In this document: positions 50,071 to 59,426 of the stretch, piece after piece
How positions within the stretch are numbered: the stretch's first letter is position 1
How the letters are laid out: the number at the start of each line of letters is the position of its first letter
DNA from: Candidatus Peribacteria bacterium
Lineage (GTDB): Bacteria > Patescibacteriota > Gracilibacteria > Peribacterales > Peribacteraceae
Assembly: GCA_041691135.1 (NCBI GenBank)
Contig: JBEPVF010000001.1
Location: 261,493 to 325,492 of the forward strand
Length of the DNA stretch: 64,000 bases
Reading direction: 5' to 3'
Translations under genes and position numbers: made by a program
The notes under the pieces: generated by a model
The model's input: only the letters and a program-made list of their open reading frames with translations
Told to the model about the DNA's origin: nothing
Database searches by the model: none

Positions 50071-50140
50071 CCGATTCGAGTTGCCACGAGAGAAGAAAAA
50101 CTGAGCTGTATATTGTCCAGTTTTGAACTCAAGAAAGTAG

Positions 50141-50776
50141 TCATCCTCTGGCCAACACCAACGCCTCCACTCTCTCTGCACCGGCTGCCTTCAGCGCCTT
50201 TGCGCACATGTCGAGCGTCGCACCCGTCGTGAACACATCGTCGATCAGAATCACTTTGGGGGGAGAATGTTCAACGCAACGAAACGCATCCTGCATCGCA
50301 TTGAATCGTTCCTCACGCTTGCGCCGGGCCTGATGACCGGTCGCCCGAATGCGACGAAGTACATGGTGCACCGGTACTCCCCTGCTCTTGCCCACTGCTT
50401 CCACTAACAGTTGCGCCTGATTGAACCCACGCGCGAACAGGCGTGACCAATGCAACGGAACCGGTGCGAACACCGCATCATCGAGAGTCAAAAGCCGAGA
50501 CGCACTGATGAGCTCGGCGGCGAGAGCAGTGGAAAGCTGAGGAATGCGCTTGTACTTGTAGGTATGGATAGCCCGCTTGAGCAGCGGCACCGATCGATAG
50601 TCAGCCGCAGCCACGACGCGATCGAGAAACTTCAAATCGGTTTTGCGGAGCGCGGGTTGCTCAAGTACGACAGGAACAGAATGGAGCTGAAGAATCTCCG
50701 TTCCGGTGATGAACTGTCCTTCTTCGTCGCCCAGCGATCGGCGCGGAAACACGAAGTCGAGAAGAATATCCCACAT
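50141..50776 (-). CDS. comF: ComF family phosphoribosyltransferase-like competence protein
   Basis: PVPLH..R...RGFNQA, ILIDDVFTTGAT. Confidence 0.9.
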   Translation of the reverse strand: MWDILLDFVFPRRSLGDEEGQFITGTEILQLHSVPVVLEQPALRKTDLKFLDRVVAAADYRSVPLLKRAIHTYKYKRIPQLSTALAAELISASRLLTLDDAVFAPVPLHWSRLFARGFNQAQLLVEAVGKSRGVPVHHVLRRIRATGHQARRKREERFNAMQDAFRCVEHSPPKVILIDDVFTTGATLDMCAKALKAAGAERVEALVLARG

Positions 50777-50832
50777 ACGGCGAGTATAGCCTTGTTGGAG
50801 GCGGTAAGTGTTGGTACCCTCTGACAACTCCC

Positions 50833-50909
50833 GGGCAATTAGCTCAGCTGGCTAGAGCGCCACATTGACATTGTGGAGGTCACTGGTTCAAGTCCAGTAT
50901 TGCCCACCA
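50833..50909 (+). tRNA. tRNA-Val(GAC)
   Basis: GGGCAATTAGCTCAGCTGGCTAGAGCG CCACA-TTGACAT-TGTGG AGGTC ACTGG-TTCAAGT-CCAGT ATTGCCC ACCA. Confidence 0.96.
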
Positions 50910-50911
50910 GC

Positions 50912-50993
50912 CTTCGCTTCTGTGCGCAGAAACTACGGCCGGCAAGCCATGCCTCTAATCATCTGCGACGAAGGCTGCCCCTCGTAGCTCTGC
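50912..50993. repeat. REP-like repeat pair (CTTCGC..CTACG..GGCAAGCC family)
   Basis: CTTCGCTTCTGTGCGCAGAAACTACGGCCGGCAAGCCAT followed by the inverted relative GGCTGCCCCTCGTAGCTCTGC. Similar to the copy at 62001-62035. Confidence 0.6.
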
Positions 50994-51321
50994 CTTTTGT
51001 AACGACAATTGTTTCAAATTACTGTGATTATCTTTCAATAAGTCGCTGAGCGGAGTGGGGCTATGTCTACACCTCAACGTCACGTGGCGGCGCAGTCGCT
51101 TTACGGGGATCGGTTTGTTGATAAAACGAATAAATACTTCATTACACCCTCGTCATAAATACATTCATCAAACGTCTCTGTCATCAACTCGCAAGCTTTG
51201 TGCCTGTGAGTGTTCCTTTGCAGCACCGGCAACAGCAATGTAAGCGGCGCAATGAGTGACTGTCATAGCCATTGTTTGCGCTGCTTACGTATCAACCAAG
51301 TTTCCTTAGAGGAGCGACACA

Positions 51322-52407
51322 GTGAAGCAACACGTTCGAAAGATGACCGCGCTGATGATCCTGATGCTGATGACCACAACGGTCTTCGGCCAACGGCCAT
51401 CATCCAAGGCGAAAGTGACTGGCGGCAGCACCGGCAATCCCTTCGCCGGCCACGCCCTGTGGGTCAATCCCTATTCGGATGTCGCCGGCTGGGTGAGAGG
51501 CCACGAGAAAAGCAAAGATCCGACAACGCGCGAACAGGCGCAACTGATCAAGAAGTACATCGTGCCGGGTCCACAGACACCTTGGTACGGCGACTGGAAC
51601 AGCAACGTGCACGAGGATGTGCTCGGCTGGTTGAATCAGATCAAGAAGATCAACGCGACGGCCAAGCAACCGATCCGACCAGTCGCCGTCATCTACAACC
51701 TTCCACTGCGCGACGCGGGCGGGAAATATTCCCAAGGCGGCGAAAAGACGCCGGATGGCTACCAACGCTTCGTCGCGAACATTGCGAAAGCCGTCACGGA
51801 CTCAGGCATCGACGAGAAGCCTGTGTTCATCATCGAGCCCGACTCGCTCGGGCACATGAGGTCGTTAGAAACTTCCGAGCAAGAGGAGCGACTCCGACTG
51901 CTTCGCTTGGCACACGACACCTTGCGGAAGGCAGGATGCTTCACGTATCAAGATGCAACCCATCCGAACTGGCTTCGCCCAGACACGGCCGCCTATCTTC
52001 TCCGGCAACTCGGTCCGGAACATTTCAATGGAATCGCCGTGAATGTGTCGAACTTCTGCACCAATGAAAGGTGCGTTGCCTACGGCATGGCGCTCTGTGA
52101 AAAGCTTGGCCCAAAGCACGGCATCGTCATCGATTGCGGACGCAACGGCAACGGCCCGCCGCCCGACGGCGTGGAGCCGTTCAACCCGCCGGGAGTCGCC
52201 CTGGGCGACTTCCCAACAACTGCCGCGTACAAAGACCAACGTGGCCGCATGAATCCACGCGTTCATGCGCGGATTTGGGTGAAAGGCCCTGCCGGGTCCG
52301 ACGGCGAGCATCATCCGGGTGACCCGGCCGCTGGTCAGGTCTTCCCGCGGTATGCCGCAGAACTGATCCAGAACCGCCTGAATTCCAGGCGAAAAGATGC
52401 AAAATAG
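51322..52407 (+). CDS. Secreted glycoside hydrolase family 6 (cellulase-like)
   Basis: Signal peptide, NPFAG..LWVNP, IYNLPLRDA, IIEPDSL (catalytic acid), YQDA.H.NW, NVSNF, VIDCGRNGNG, WVK..GSDG. Confidence 0.9.
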   Translation: MKQHVRKMTALMILMLMTTTVFGQRPSSKAKVTGGSTGNPFAGHALWVNPYSDVAGWVRGHEKSKDPTTREQAQLIKKYIVPGPQTPWYGDWNSNVHEDVLGWLNQIKKINATAKQPIRPVAVIYNLPLRDAGGKYSQGGEKTPDGYQRFVANIAKAVTDSGIDEKPVFIIEPDSLGHMRSLETSEQEERLRLLRLAHDTLRKAGCFTYQDATHPNWLRPDTAAYLLRQLGPEHFNGIAVNVSNFCTNERCVAYGMALCEKLGPKHGIVIDCGRNGNGPPPDGVEPFNPPGVALGDFPTTAAYKDQRGRMNPRVHARIWVKGPAGSDGEHHPGDPAAGQVFPRYAAELIQNRLNSRRKDAK

Positions 52408-52431
52408 CTGTTGCTACATAGCTGCAAATAG

Positions 52432-52460
52432 GCCCCATTCTTAACAGAATGGGGCTTTTT
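52432..52460 (+). terminator. Intrinsic terminator
   Basis: GCCCCATTCT-TAAC-AGAATGGGGC-TTTTT. Confidence 0.85.
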
Positions 52461-52537
52461 GACATACAGACAATCCATGGAATAACGGATGGTCAAAGTG
52501 TGGTCAAAAACGCGTTTTTCCGCTATAATTATTCGAT

Positions 52538-53020
52538 TTGGAAACAAACACTCCATCCGTACCGGTTCTCCTGGAATGGAGCGCTCCCGTGACCCCCCAT
52601 CACGAGCGTTCGAAGCGCTGGTATGTGATCGGTTCGGTGATCGTGTTGGTCGGTGCCGTGTACGGCATTTTGTCGGCCAACTGGAGCTTCACGCTCGTCA
52701 TTCTGCTACTGGGCGGCGTGTATTTTTTGAACCGCAATGCTCCGCCAGTGATCAAGAGCATCACCATCAACGAGCGCGGCTTCGACTACGATGCAAAATT
52801 CACGCAGTGGGCCGACACGAAAGATTTCTGGCTCATCTTCACCCCGCACTACACCGAACTGCACTTGATGCGAAAAGTCGGCTGGGACCGCGAAGTGATT
52901 ATTCAGACAGATGACATCGATCCGGCCACGCTGCGCGAAATACTGACGGCACTCGTCCCTGAACGTTCCAATCAAAAGGAAAAAATGGTTGACATTATTA
53001 TTCGTTTTTGTAAACTATAG
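52538..53020 (+). CDS. Conserved two-TM + PH-like domain protein (DUF5673-like)
   Basis: LEWSAP....ERS..WY, two TMs, ITINERG, W.....FW. Confidence 0.7.
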   Translation: METNTPSVPVLLEWSAPVTPHHERSKRWYVIGSVIVLVGAVYGILSANWSFTLVILLLGGVYFLNRNAPPVIKSITINERGFDYDAKFTQWADTKDFWLIFTPHYTELHLMRKVGWDREVIIQTDDIDPATLREILTALVPERSNQKEKMVDIIIRFCKL

Positions 53021-56000
53021 ATGCTGCGCTTGAGTCATGTCGCGCGCTTTGCCTCCAACTCCTCTCCCCTCCGGGAGCAGAGAGAGGTTCTTTTCGCTGC
53101 TCAGGGAAATGATGATTCAAAGAACAAAATTGAAGCGCTTGTACGACAGGCAGATGAGGAAATTCTGAACCACTCACATGCGACAGCGGATACCAACGTG
53201 AGTGATACGATTCAAAGAGTCATCCAGGAGACAGCCCAAAAAATTAACGGACCACTGGCAACCATGCATCTTGAGGAAGCGCGTGAGATTGCCATGAATG
53301 AGCTGCGTCTGACTTCACCCAACGCGCTCAAAATCATTCTCGACGACCAGGAAGTCTTCGACGAAGCACTGGCACGTCAAATCGCACAGGATCTGCAGAT
53401 TCCTATAGAACAGCAGATGACCACACAGGATATTTCCAGTCTGATCGAAGAGTACACACTCGGCGAATGGACGCCGCCCGAAACGAAGAATCTCCTACTC
53501 GCTCATTTGTCGGAACAGCCACCGGTCGTGGCACGCCTGGCACGTGGCTTGCTGGGAAAGCTGACGAGATACGATGAACTTTTCCGTCTCCTCTCCACAC
53601 CGGCGAGAGGACCAATCAGTGCCTTAGAAAAATACGGCCATGAGTTCGCGACGATTGTGGATGAATACCAAAGCCTTACGAGTGAAACCGACCGCGACAA
53701 AATGCGCCGCGAGTACGTGGAAGTTTTAAAGACGCAGGTTCTGCGCCTGGGACAACTGCTGAAGGCACAGGTCGATGAAGAAGTCCGCGAAAACACAGAG
53801 ATTTTGAAGCAAGCAACGGAAAGACTGACAACGGAATCGGGACCAATGCCTGCGGAGGTAACACTGGGATACAGGTTGGGCACATTGACCAAACACTTTG
53901 CGATACAAGCTGAGCGCGCCAACAACATTGACTTCACGACACTCGCTGTTGCCGCCGAAAATACCTCGGCGTTCATTGAACAGGCTCTGGACGTCATCAG
54001 GGAATTAGAAAACTGTGCCGAAGAGATGGCGGGAGAACGGGCCGAAATGGAAACGGCAAATGCATTCCGCCTTGCCCCTTCCACACCGGAAGCTGCCGTG
54101 AGCCGCGAAGCCTTCTTAGCTCCTGATTTGGCCGAAGACCGCCGGTTCAATGCATTGATCGAACACCACGGATCGGACGCGGCCGAGCTTCGTCTCAGCA
54201 TCGCATCGTGGCCGGAGGATGCCAAACAATTTGTGGAAGCAATGGAATTACCAGCGATGCTGGAGATTATCGAAAGACTCTACAACGCCCGACAGGGCAG
54301 CACCCCGCAGGAACGCCGCATGGTACCGGGCGCCGAGATGTTGGACGCCGATACGCTGGATCAATGGATGACTCTCGTCCACACCATTCAACGCGGTGGT
54401 CCCGAGGGAGTACGCACTATGGCGGAGGCTTCGCAGCAGCAAAAAAAATGGGAAGGACAGGAGGTCAATCAAACGACCTGCGAGACGTGGCACACACGAA
54501 TCGAGGCCGTAGAGACGAGCGTCCTGAATCGGGTGGAACATGCTGTGTGCAGGTACCTCGAGATTCCCCGGCAGCTGCGAGACAAGTGCAACATCGTTCG
54601 CACCAGTATCGACGAAATCGCCGGATGGACCGTGGGTGGACCGGGCAGTCCCGGCTACGATCGCATTCCAGAGCTGCAGGCCAGCGTCGAAAGAGAATTG
54701 GCACTCCTGGAGGCAATCGACAGAGCACTGACGCAGAAGGTAAAAATTGTCGAGCTCGAGAAGCAGGACTACGTCGAAAAAGCGGGTGAATCGCGTGGGA
54801 TGTATCACCGGGGCGAGAAATGCATTTACCTCAACAAACAGTGGCTTGATGGTGCCAAAGACGGCACGCGCGAGAAAAAATACCAACGGCTCGTCGAGCA
54901 CGAAATGGGCCACCATATTCTGAATATGCTCCAGCACACGGCTTTCCCGTCTCTGCTCAGCGACGCTCTTGATGCACTTGATGAGTTTGTCGACGAGGAA
55001 GGTACGCCGCTGATCACCGATCAGATGCTACTCAATGCCGGTGAAGAATGGGGATACCCACGAGAAGCGTACGAGCAGGACCTATTCCGTTTCCAGCAGG
55101 GATACGACCGACATACAGCCCGTGCAAAAGCACTGGAACCCTACGTGGAGGAATTGTTTCTGAAATTCGAATCGTGGAAGCGAAACAAAAATACGCGGAA
55201 CGGCGGTTCCCCCGCAGAGCGCGCACTCTTCACCACGCTGCTGGAGAAAGATGCATTGCGCCGTCTTCCCATCAGTGACGTGACCATAGGTGGACTCAAT
55301 TTCTCACATGCCTCTGCAAATAACCAAGATGTGCGCTATTCCACTGGAGGAGATCCCGACGACGACGAAGAGGACGCCGATGACGCGGCCGCCCCTGCAG
55401 CCCCTGCCGACGCGCTACCATTGACCGAAGCCGATGACGCGGCCGGCTATTACAATGCCGAAGAAGACCTGAAGAAAGTCAAACGCGATATAGTGACGAT
55501 TTCCGGATTTCGCGACGCCTATGCAAAGGATTATCCTAACCTGAAAACAAAATTGGATGATCAGCTGGAAAATGCCGGCGGACTTCGCGAAGGGGCCGAG
55601 CAAGTGGAAAGCGTGTGGCGGAAGGGATACTATCTCGAGCATGGCCACGTAGTCCAAGTGCCGAATCCGGAAAAAGACGAAACCTATAAGTCCGAGATGG
55701 AACGTCTAAAAGAACACTTGAAGGAAATAACCGACTTCATCGAAAAATTCGATGCAGACAAAGCCGACGTGGACAAAGCAAAAGCCACAGGCTCCAAGGG
55801 AATGTGGGGTTGGTGGACATCACACGTGACGCTCCTCAGCGTTCTGGACATCATGAAGATCGGCAATGACTTTAAAGAAGACTACCTGGATATGTGGCAC
55901 CGCTACCAGGTGCGCCATGTATCGGAAGTCGAACTGGGACTCACCAAATGGATACCGGAATGGATACCGGCAGCTGGAAAGTTCAAGCACTACTTCGAAC

Positions 56001-57616
56001 GCCGCAAGAACCAGGCCGAACTCGACGACGTGCAAAAGTGGCAGAACGCCTACGAGAACTCCGATGCCCACACCATCATCAGCAAACTCGGCGGTGTCCG
56101 TAACAAGGACCAGCTGAAAGGTATCATGAACCTGCTGGCGAAACATGGACATATCGAGTGGGATAACCAGGGACTGTGGGAAGCACTCAATGCCCTCTCA
56201 CCCTCGGGTTACAGAATACCGCGCGAGCCCTGTCTTCGTGATACGCGTTTGCGCGACCGATGGCTTAGAAAGATCATCACCGACATCTGGGACGACTACG
56301 AGCTGTACACCAACTGGAAAACACAGAACGACAGCGGATACGACCACAAGAAGAACGAGTTCACCGCCGAAGCCGACAATGCATCCAACATGTCGGGCGG
56401 ACTGTCGACAGAGCTCAAGAGTATGCTGCGAAAATTTATGGCCCATCATCATGGGCCTCCCGGCGTACCGGAACCACCTGACGTGTCGCCACACCGCTAT
56501 GAGGAATATCTCACATACGCTATGCGTAACGGCAAAATGTCCATGGAACAGAAGTTCTACTTCCTTATCCGCGGCATTGCAGAGGGTCTGTTGCCCGTCG
56601 ATCGTCTGCGTGTGATCGCCGGCGAAAAGGGTGAGATTCTTCTCAAATTCCCCTTCCTGGATTTCTTCTACCAAAAGAACAACACACTGGCCGAAATCAG
56701 GGCACTCGCCGATAAAATCATGGAAAAACCGGGGGATCATAACAATCTCGATATCGGTCTGCGAACGACGCAATTGCTACGCTTCATCGTTCTCCGCGAC
56801 CCCACTGTCCGTGTACGCGTCAACAAAGCCACCGCCCGCCGCGGCGAAGGAATCGACCACGAAGACATCCCATACATCTTCACAGACGTGGGCGTCTCAA
56901 CCGTAGAAGGCATGATGGGTAACAGCGGCGATGACCAGGCAAAAACGACCTTCCAGGGCATGCAGAATGCCTACGTAGGCTTCAACGAGAAGTTCAAGTT
57001 CTTCGCCCGACTCGCAGAGTTGAAGAATAAAGGCGAAGCAAACTTCACGCGCGAAGACGCGAAGAACCTGGCCCAAACCATCGCTGCCTATGTCGTCTTC
57101 GATAACCAGGCCAGTAACTTTTCTACGTTCGGCCGACGCAAAGGCCTCTCCCCCTCTCAGTTTGATTCTGAATCACCGCCATCAAACGACAAAATCAAGA
57201 CACGTGATTTCCGCAATCGTACGAGCGATTTCGTTCAGAACCTCGTTATAGATAGACTTATGCCCAATGCTGGCTTCAATTTCGATAGAGTATTCAAAAA
57301 TAGTAAATTGCGGGCAGATGCCAAAAAAGAGGACATGGTAAAGATGGACCGCAACAAATACGACGAGAAGACGGCCGAAATTTTCCACAAAGCGGCAGGA
57401 GCTTTTGAAGAAGAACTGACGGCAGCAATTCTCAGGGATCCTCAGCAACTGATCGATGCACTAGCTGCATTCGAAACGCAAAAGGGATTTCTATGGAGCG
57501 ATTCCGAGGGCACGACAACGAAAGCTGAACGTGATACGGAGAAAATGGACAAATTCGACGAAGAATACTTCGCCCTTATTACTGGCGGAGGAGCAGGTGG
57601 AGGACATGGCCACTAA
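53021..57616 (+). CDS. Giant (1531 aa) hypothetical protein with zincin HEXXH module
   Basis: RGMY...CIYLN...LVEHEMGHH, downstream VEE, acidic/Ala-Pro linker, long helical regions. Confidence 0.8.
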   Translation: MLRLSHVARFASNSSPLREQREVLFAAQGNDDSKNKIEALVRQADEEILNHSHATADTNVSDTIQRVIQETAQKINGPLATMHLEEAREIAMNELRLTSPNALKIILDDQEVFDEALARQIAQDLQIPIEQQMTTQDISSLIEEYTLGEWTPPETKNLLLAHLSEQPPVVARLARGLLGKLTRYDELFRLLSTPARGPISALEKYGHEFATIVDEYQSLTSETDRDKMRREYVEVLKTQVLRLGQLLKAQVDEEVRENTEILKQATERLTTESGPMPAEVTLGYRLGTLTKHFAIQAERANNIDFTTLAVAAENTSAFIEQALDVIRELENCAEEMAGERAEMETANAFRLAPSTPEAAVSREAFLAPDLAEDRRFNALIEHHGSDAAELRLSIASWPEDAKQFVEAMELPAMLEIIERLYNARQGSTPQERRMVPGAEMLDADTLDQWMTLVHTIQRGGPEGVRTMAEASQQQKKWEGQEVNQTTCETWHTRIEAVETSVLNRVEHAVCRYLEIPRQLRDKCNIVRTSIDEIAGWTVGGPGSPGYDRIPELQASVERELALLEAIDRALTQKVKIVELEKQDYVEKAGESRGMYHRGEKCIYLNKQWLDGAKDGTREKKYQRLVEHEMGHHILNMLQHTAFPSLLSDALDALDEFVDEEGTPLITDQMLLNAGEEWGYPREAYEQDLFRFQQGYDRHTARAKALEPYVEELFLKFESWKRNKNTRNGGSPAERALFTTLLEKDALRRLPISDVTIGGLNFSHASANNQDVRYSTGGDPDDDEEDADDAAAPAAPADALPLTEADDAAGYYNAEEDLKKVKRDIVTISGFRDAYAKDYPNLKTKLDDQLENAGGLREGAEQVESVWRKGYYLEHGHVVQVPNPEKDETYKSEMERLKEHLKEITDFIEKFDADKADVDKAKATGSKGMWGWWTSHVTLLSVLDIMKIGNDFKEDYLDMWHRYQVRHVSEVELGLTKWIPEWIPAAGKFKHYFERRKNQAELDDVQKWQNAYENSDAHTIISKLGGVRNKDQLKGIMNLLAKHGHIEWDNQGLWEALNALSPSGYRIPREPCLRDTRLRDRWLRKIITDIWDDYELYTNWKTQNDSGYDHKKNEFTAEADNASNMSGGLSTELKSMLRKFMAHHHGPPGVPEPPDVSPHRYEEYLTYAMRNGKMSMEQKFYFLIRGIAEGLLPVDRLRVIAGEKGEILLKFPFLDFFYQKNNTLAEIRALADKIMEKPGDHNNLDIGLRTTQLLRFIVLRDPTVRVRVNKATARRGEGIDHEDIPYIFTDVGVSTVEGMMGNSGDDQAKTTFQGMQNAYVGFNEKFKFFARLAELKNKGEANFTREDAKNLAQTIAAYVVFDNQASNFSTFGRRKGLSPSQFDSESPPSNDKIKTRDFRNRTSDFVQNLVIDRLMPNAGFNFDRVFKNSKLRADAKKEDMVKMDRNKYDEKTAEIFHKAAGAFEEELTAAILRDPQQLIDALAAFETQKGFLWSDSEGTTTKAERDTEKMDKFDEEYFALITGGGAGGGHGH

Positions 57617-57675
57617 GAAAACAGGGGACATCATTGATTGTTGTATTGATAGTGGCAACGCGGCACACTGCTCCT

Positions 57676-58110
57676 ATGCACATCACTATTCAACGCGTCG
57701 ATACAACTCTCCCCCTCCCCGAGTACCAGACACACGGCGCAGTGGGTTTTGATTTGATCACGCGCGAAACGACTATCATCGAAGCCGGTAAGATCGCCCT
57801 GGTGCCCAGCAATGCGATTGTGAAGGTTCCCGAGGGCTTCATGCTGATGATCGCACCCCGGTCTTCCCTGCCGCGTAAGAAAGGCCTTATCTGCCCGCAC
57901 TCCATCGGCATCATCGATCAGGATTATCACGGCGAAAAGGACGAGCTGATGGTGCAGGTGCAAAACATCACCGATCAACCCGTCACCGTCGAACGCGGCG
58001 AACGCATTGCTCAAGGAATCTTCGTCAAAATCGAGCGCGCCGAATGGCAGGAAGTGGATTCGCATGGAGCAGAGACAAGAGGCGGATTCGGCAGCACCGG
58101 CCACGCATAA
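57676..58110 (+). CDS. dut: dUTP diphosphatase (trimeric)
   Basis: GAVGFDL, APRSS, GIIDQDYHG, GERIAQG, RGGFGSTG. Confidence 0.96.
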   Translation: MHITIQRVDTTLPLPEYQTHGAVGFDLITRETTIIEAGKIALVPSNAIVKVPEGFMLMIAPRSSLPRKKGLICPHSIGIIDQDYHGEKDELMVQVQNITDQPVTVERGERIAQGIFVKIERAEWQEVDSHGAETRGGFGSTGHA

Positions 58111-58112
58111 AA

Positions 58113-58135
58113 AAACCGAGGACCTCCCTCGGTTT
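58113..58135. terminator. Bidirectional terminator between dut and ftsZ
   Basis: AAACCGAGG-ACCTC-CCTCGGTTT flanked by A/T tracts. Confidence 0.75.
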
Positions 58136-58155
58136 CTTCGATTACATCGATTCTC

Positions 58156-59394
58156 TTATTTACTGAGCGGTTTTCTCATAAACGCCGGTACTTCCAATTC
58201 CTGTTCATTCAAGTCCAATGCCGTGGACTTCAGCGTCGTTTCGCGGTGCGCTGCAGCGCGAGGCGATTCGCTCTTCTCCAAAGTTCCGCTGGGACGCGAG
58301 AAGTTGTTCTGCAGAATGCGCTGAGCGGGGCTGGCCATCTGGGCCGCCTGCTTCTCGGATTCGTCGAATCCGGTTGCCACCACCGTCACCTTTACTTGGC
58401 CGGTGTAGGCCTCGTCGATCACTGCGCCGAAGATAATGTTCGCCTCTGGCGATGATGCTTCGGTAATGATGCGGGCAGCCTCGTCGACTTCGTACATCGA
58501 CAAGTCATTTCCACCGGTGATGTTGAACAGAATTCCCTGTGCTCCGTTGATGGATGTTTCCAATAATGGGCTGTCGATGGCGGCGCGTGCGGCCTCCGCT
58601 GCGCGGCTGTCGCCGGTGCCGTAGCCAATACCCATCAGTGCCGTGCCGGCATCCTGCATGATGGCTTTCACGTCGGCAAAGTCGACGTTCACGAGTCCAT
58701 GGACCGTGATCAAACTGGAGATACCTTCGATGGCATGCTTCAGCACTTCGTCGACGACCTGGAATGCTTCGGTCAGCGGCGTGGTCTTGTCGATCAGGCT
58801 CAGGATTTTATCGTTCGGGATCGTGATGAGCGTGTCGACTTTCCCCTTGAGCAATTCGAGCGCTTCATCAGCCTGCTTCTTGCGCTTGAAACCCTCGAAG
58901 CTGAACGGCTTGGTCACGACTGCGACAGTGAGGATACCCATACTACGTGCCGCCTCAGCAATGATCGGCGCACAACCGGTTCCCGTACCGCCGCCAAGTC
59001 CAACCGTGATAAAGAGCAGATCAGTTCCTTCGAGTGCAGCCTTGATTTCCTCCAAGCTCTCCTCAGCAGCGCGCTTCCCGATTTCGGGGTTCGCTCCCGC
59101 ACCGAGACCACGAGTGGTACCACGACCGATGGTGATCTTCTTGGGCGCCGGGTTATTGTAGAGCGCCTGCACATCGGTGTTCACGGCAATGAATTCCACA
59201 CCTTGTACTTTGCTGTGGATCATCCGGGCCAGCGCATTCGCGCCACCGCCGCCGGCACCCAGGACGCGGATCACCGCGCCGGGCAGGACATCCGGACGCA
59301 CTTCGCGGGCGGACGTAGAAGTATCGTCTTGTTTGGCACCACCGCCGGCACCCGTACCTTTACCGGAGAAGAGAGAGCGAAAGGAATCTGACAT
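58156..59394 (-). CDS. ftsZ: Cell division protein FtsZ
   Basis: GAGGGG.NA, NTD, GLGAG, tubulin signature GGGTGTG, NVDFAD, C-terminal LEVPAFMR. Confidence 0.98.
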   Translation of the reverse strand: MSDSFRSLFSGKGTGAGGGAKQDDTSTSAREVRPDVLPGAVIRVLGAGGGGANALARMIHSKVQGVEFIAVNTDVQALYNNPAPKKITIGRGTTRGLGAGANPEIGKRAAEESLEEIKAALEGTDLLFITVGLGGGTGTGCAPIIAEAARSMGILTVAVVTKPFSFEGFKRKKQADEALELLKGKVDTLITIPNDKILSLIDKTTPLTEAFQVVDEVLKHAIEGISSLITVHGLVNVDFADVKAIMQDAGTALMGIGYGTGDSRAAEAARAAIDSPLLETSINGAQGILFNITGGNDLSMYEVDEAARIITEASSPEANIIFGAVIDEAYTGQVKVTVVATGFDESEKQAAQMASPAQRILQNNFSRPSGTLEKSESPRAAAHRETTLKSTALDLNEQELEVPAFMRKPLSK

Positions 59395-59426
59395 GGGAGA
59401 GAAGGAAGGAAAGCAAAGGAAAAGAA

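Noticed and set aside
50833-52500. Prophage or integrative island at tRNA-Val
   Set aside because: No integrase, and no duplicated tRNA 3' end found downstream of the GH6 gene.
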